From assembly GCA_905178155.1 (NCBI GenBank), contig CAJINV010000004.1, forward strand, positions 1,936,391 to 2,000,390: a stretch of DNA of 64,000 nt, in the 5' to 3' direction. Each line of letters starts with the position of its first letter. The first letter of the stretch is position 1. Shown here in pieces: positions 62,001 to 64,000 of this stretch. Both the position numbers and the translations under genes were made by a program. Under the pieces are notes generated by a model. The model was not told where the DNA came from and did not search any database. It saw only the letters and a list, made by a program, of their open reading frames with translations. The stretch is from Amoebophrya sp. A120 (Eukaryota; Protista; Dinoflagellata).

Positions 62001-64000
62001 ACGTCCTTGCTCGTGCCGAAATTTTCGCCCAATAAAGCAGAAGTAGAGAGTTTTTCTCGCGCGGCGACAGCATTATTTGATTCATCATCGACGAGCATTT
62101 CATGATCCTCTTGCGACGCGGTGGGGCGAGCGGGTGGCTCCAGCCGGTCTGCGTCTGGTTTTGGTTTCTTCACTTCCAGCTCTTCGGATTGAGGTTGTGG
62201 TGCCAAATCTGCGGTAGTTCGGAGGACGCTCATTTTGTGGTCCACCACCGCTTCCTGTCCTCGCGAGTTATCCGTGCTGTTTCCCGTCTCGGTAAGTGGG
62301 TTTCCGTGGTCACCTGCTGCTGCAGGACCTGCGGCTCCAGAAGCAGATTCCGATCGTTTCGGGGCCACCTGGAGAGGTGCCGAAGAGGTTGGGAACAACG
62401 CTTCAACATTCGGTTCTACTTCGATCGGGTCGTCCAACGGAAAGACGATTCTGCCGAGCGGAAATTCCTCGCACACGCCGTCTTCGAGACGCACAAACAC
62501 GGTGGCGCCGAACAGCTCGCGCCGTATCCGGCGGAAAAACGGCCCCCGCCGAGCGAAGTCATGTATGTACTTAAGTAGCGAACCTGCAATCCTATAAGCG
62601 TCTCGCATGTGGACCCAGTTGCTGTTATGAAGCAACATCATTTTCGCATGCTATCAAGCTCGAATCAGGGTCCAAAGCGGCACCAAATTTGTGATGCGGC
62701 TGCACTTGCTAAGCACGCTCACACTGCAAGCCTTGGTTTGTGTCATGCAGAACAGCCAAGCCTTGTTGATCTCTACAGCAGATTCTTTATCTTGACTTCA
62801 GGGCGGGGACGTTTATACGCTGGATATGCTGCTCGCGATGGTCTTCCAGACTGCTGATCTTGCTGTCGTAGCTGAAATCGATACGGTCTGTGCGCGACAG
62901 CAGTCCCGGGTGTCTATCCAAAAAAAATGCTACTTAAGTGGAGCGACTTTCTGTTGCAGGCGATACAAGATCGCTAAGCTTGTCATGCTAACTATGCGTC
63001 ATAGCCTAGCAGAATGCTGAATATGCGTTTCGTACGTGTTTTTACGTAGCTAGTACTACTATCTACACATGACAAATTTTTACTGTCATGCCAAAAGGAG
63101 ATTTCGAACATACGAATGAATTTTTCTCGGATAGTCTCTTTTCGCCGCATATTCGTTGGCAGAAACGATGTGCCCGAAAAGCCAGTCACCTGTTCAAAGT
63201 AGTTTTGACTTCACGACTTTGCTGATTTCTCAGATAAGCGAAATAACATACAATATTAAGTGTGGACTTGTAATACGAGAAGCAAAGCATACATTCTTTC
63301 CCGATCCGGAATATCACCATCAAATCAAGAAGGTATAATTGTCGTGCCAAGAACTCAGGTGAAAGAATGAGAACATCATACAGATCCGACTTTGCGCTCA
63401 GCAATACTGCAGCTCAATAAAATACTTATATTTATACCACTGCTGCATGCTTCGACGCGTTTCCCCACGGCCAGCCACTTCGGGTCCTGCTCCGCCCGTG
63501 CCAAGTGCTCCTTGGCACGGTCGCGCTGCTGCTCCAGCCGCACCAGGGTCGACCCGCGCTTCTGCCGCACCTGGTGGGGGATGCGGGGGAACACGCATAT
63601 GGATTGTAAAAATGTCTGGGGCTGGAAGGTTGGGACTTGTAATGCTAGCTTTCCATACCTAGAAAATCTGTATTGCATAACGAACAAAAGTCGCAGCCTC
63701 TTTTGTCATGCAAAAACGCACTTTCTCATGCGGATTGAGAAAGCGTTTTGGGAAGTTGTCATGCCGGACTGCATTCGGAAGTGTTTTCATCATGCACATT
63801 TTAGCATCACAAGTTTCCCGACCCAGACATTTTTGCATTTCATAACGCAGTCTCCGTCACCGTACCGGTCCTCGAGAAAGAGCCGCTCGACGATCTCCCC
63901 CATAGTCAGGTGTTCGTGACGGCAGAACTTAACCTATGACAGTGCACAACCCCCCCTCCCACTCATTTGTCATGCAAAGTAACTCACCCTTTGCCTCTTG
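56081..64000 (-). CDS. Large multi-exon hypothetical gene(s), 5' end beyond the window; includes an RS/His-rich segment
   Basis: Minus-strand ORFs 61267-62560, 57116-58027 and 56081-56551; continuous frame over microexons (GIGAEERR-MGAYAPEVIRVVQKNENLKSVAV-KRDHELGQGPGGAAGVEKNL-GGDFIDRYMN). No domain recognised. Confidence 0.55.
58028..58289. mobile_element. Introner family A; its DR supplies GT-AG
   Basis: DR acctt (sense AAGGT): gaag|gttatc...gataaag|gtc. Confidence 0.92.
59407..59625. mobile_element. Introner family F, DR degenerate, reads as GT-AG
   Basis: TIR present; flanks tgtcc/cgttc; sense aac|gtatgac...gtcatag|gac. Confidence 0.88.
59662..59982. mobile_element. Introner family B (opposite orientation to 606-928)
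   Basis: TIR present; DR caggt. Confidence 0.92.
60047..60328. mobile_element. Introner family C
   Basis: TIR present; DR tcacg. Confidence 0.9.
60404..60629. mobile_element. Introner family F
   Basis: tatgagagtgcacaactccccctcccctcatttg ... agttgtgcactgtcata; DR caggc/ccggc. Confidence 0.9.
61045..61266. mobile_element. Possible decayed family D-like introner
   Basis: Right end acttttgcacaggata is clear; left end tatccacatgtttgcaaaag is approximate; no clear DR. Confidence 0.5.
62915..63133. mobile_element. Introner family G
   Basis: tatccaaaaaaaatg ... attttttctcggata; DR gtgtc/gtctc. Confidence 0.72.
63598..63844. mobile_element. Introner family A
   Basis: TIR present; DR acgca. Confidence 0.92.
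63935..64000. mobile_element. Introner family F (cut by window end)
   Basis: tatgacagtgcacaacccccc...ctcatttgtcatgcaaa. Confidence 0.85.

Noticed and set aside
62570-62826. Additional decayed family C introner
   Set aside because: Right end (cgtttatacgctggata) and internal motifs are visible but I could not place the left end or DR, so it is not listed as a feature.
1003-63919. Recurrent peptides in the ORF track ([31 protein letters not shown]) as a protein repeat family or transposase
   Set aside because: They are translations of introner TIRs in all frames; the elements are too short to encode a transposase.

Overview
Eukaryotic genomic DNA, most likely the parasitic dinoflagellate Amoebophrya (Syndiniales; inferred from TAT...ATA inverted-repeat non-canonical introns and one-strand gene order). 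Every gene I can support is on the minus strand: a MAK/ICK-type kinase, an EF-hand secreted protein, an APC/CAT amino-acid permease, a LicD-domain protein, a VAP (MSP-domain) protein, an ankyrin protein and several hypothetical genes. Their exons are broken by about 40 MITE-like introner elements (150-375 bp, one 605 bp with a nested insert) in at least seven families, most with 5-bp direct repeats (DR). Where I checked, removing the element plus one DR restores the reading frame. Less expected signals: (i) a sense-strand G bias in the DR and a frame-preserving route from non-canonical to GT-AG splicing; (ii) a second class of insertions with 14-36 bp target duplications, two of which share a 19-nt end motif and sit inside introners; (iii) a 2.5 kb double insertion in an exon carrying an array of long palindromes; (iv) a 607-bp inverted-repeat element holding a perfect 52-bp nested hairpin next to telomere-like repeats; (v) an introner-less copy of the permease 3' end. 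I recognised no transposase. All coordinates and counts were made by eye; gene spans include introns; family letters are my own labels.
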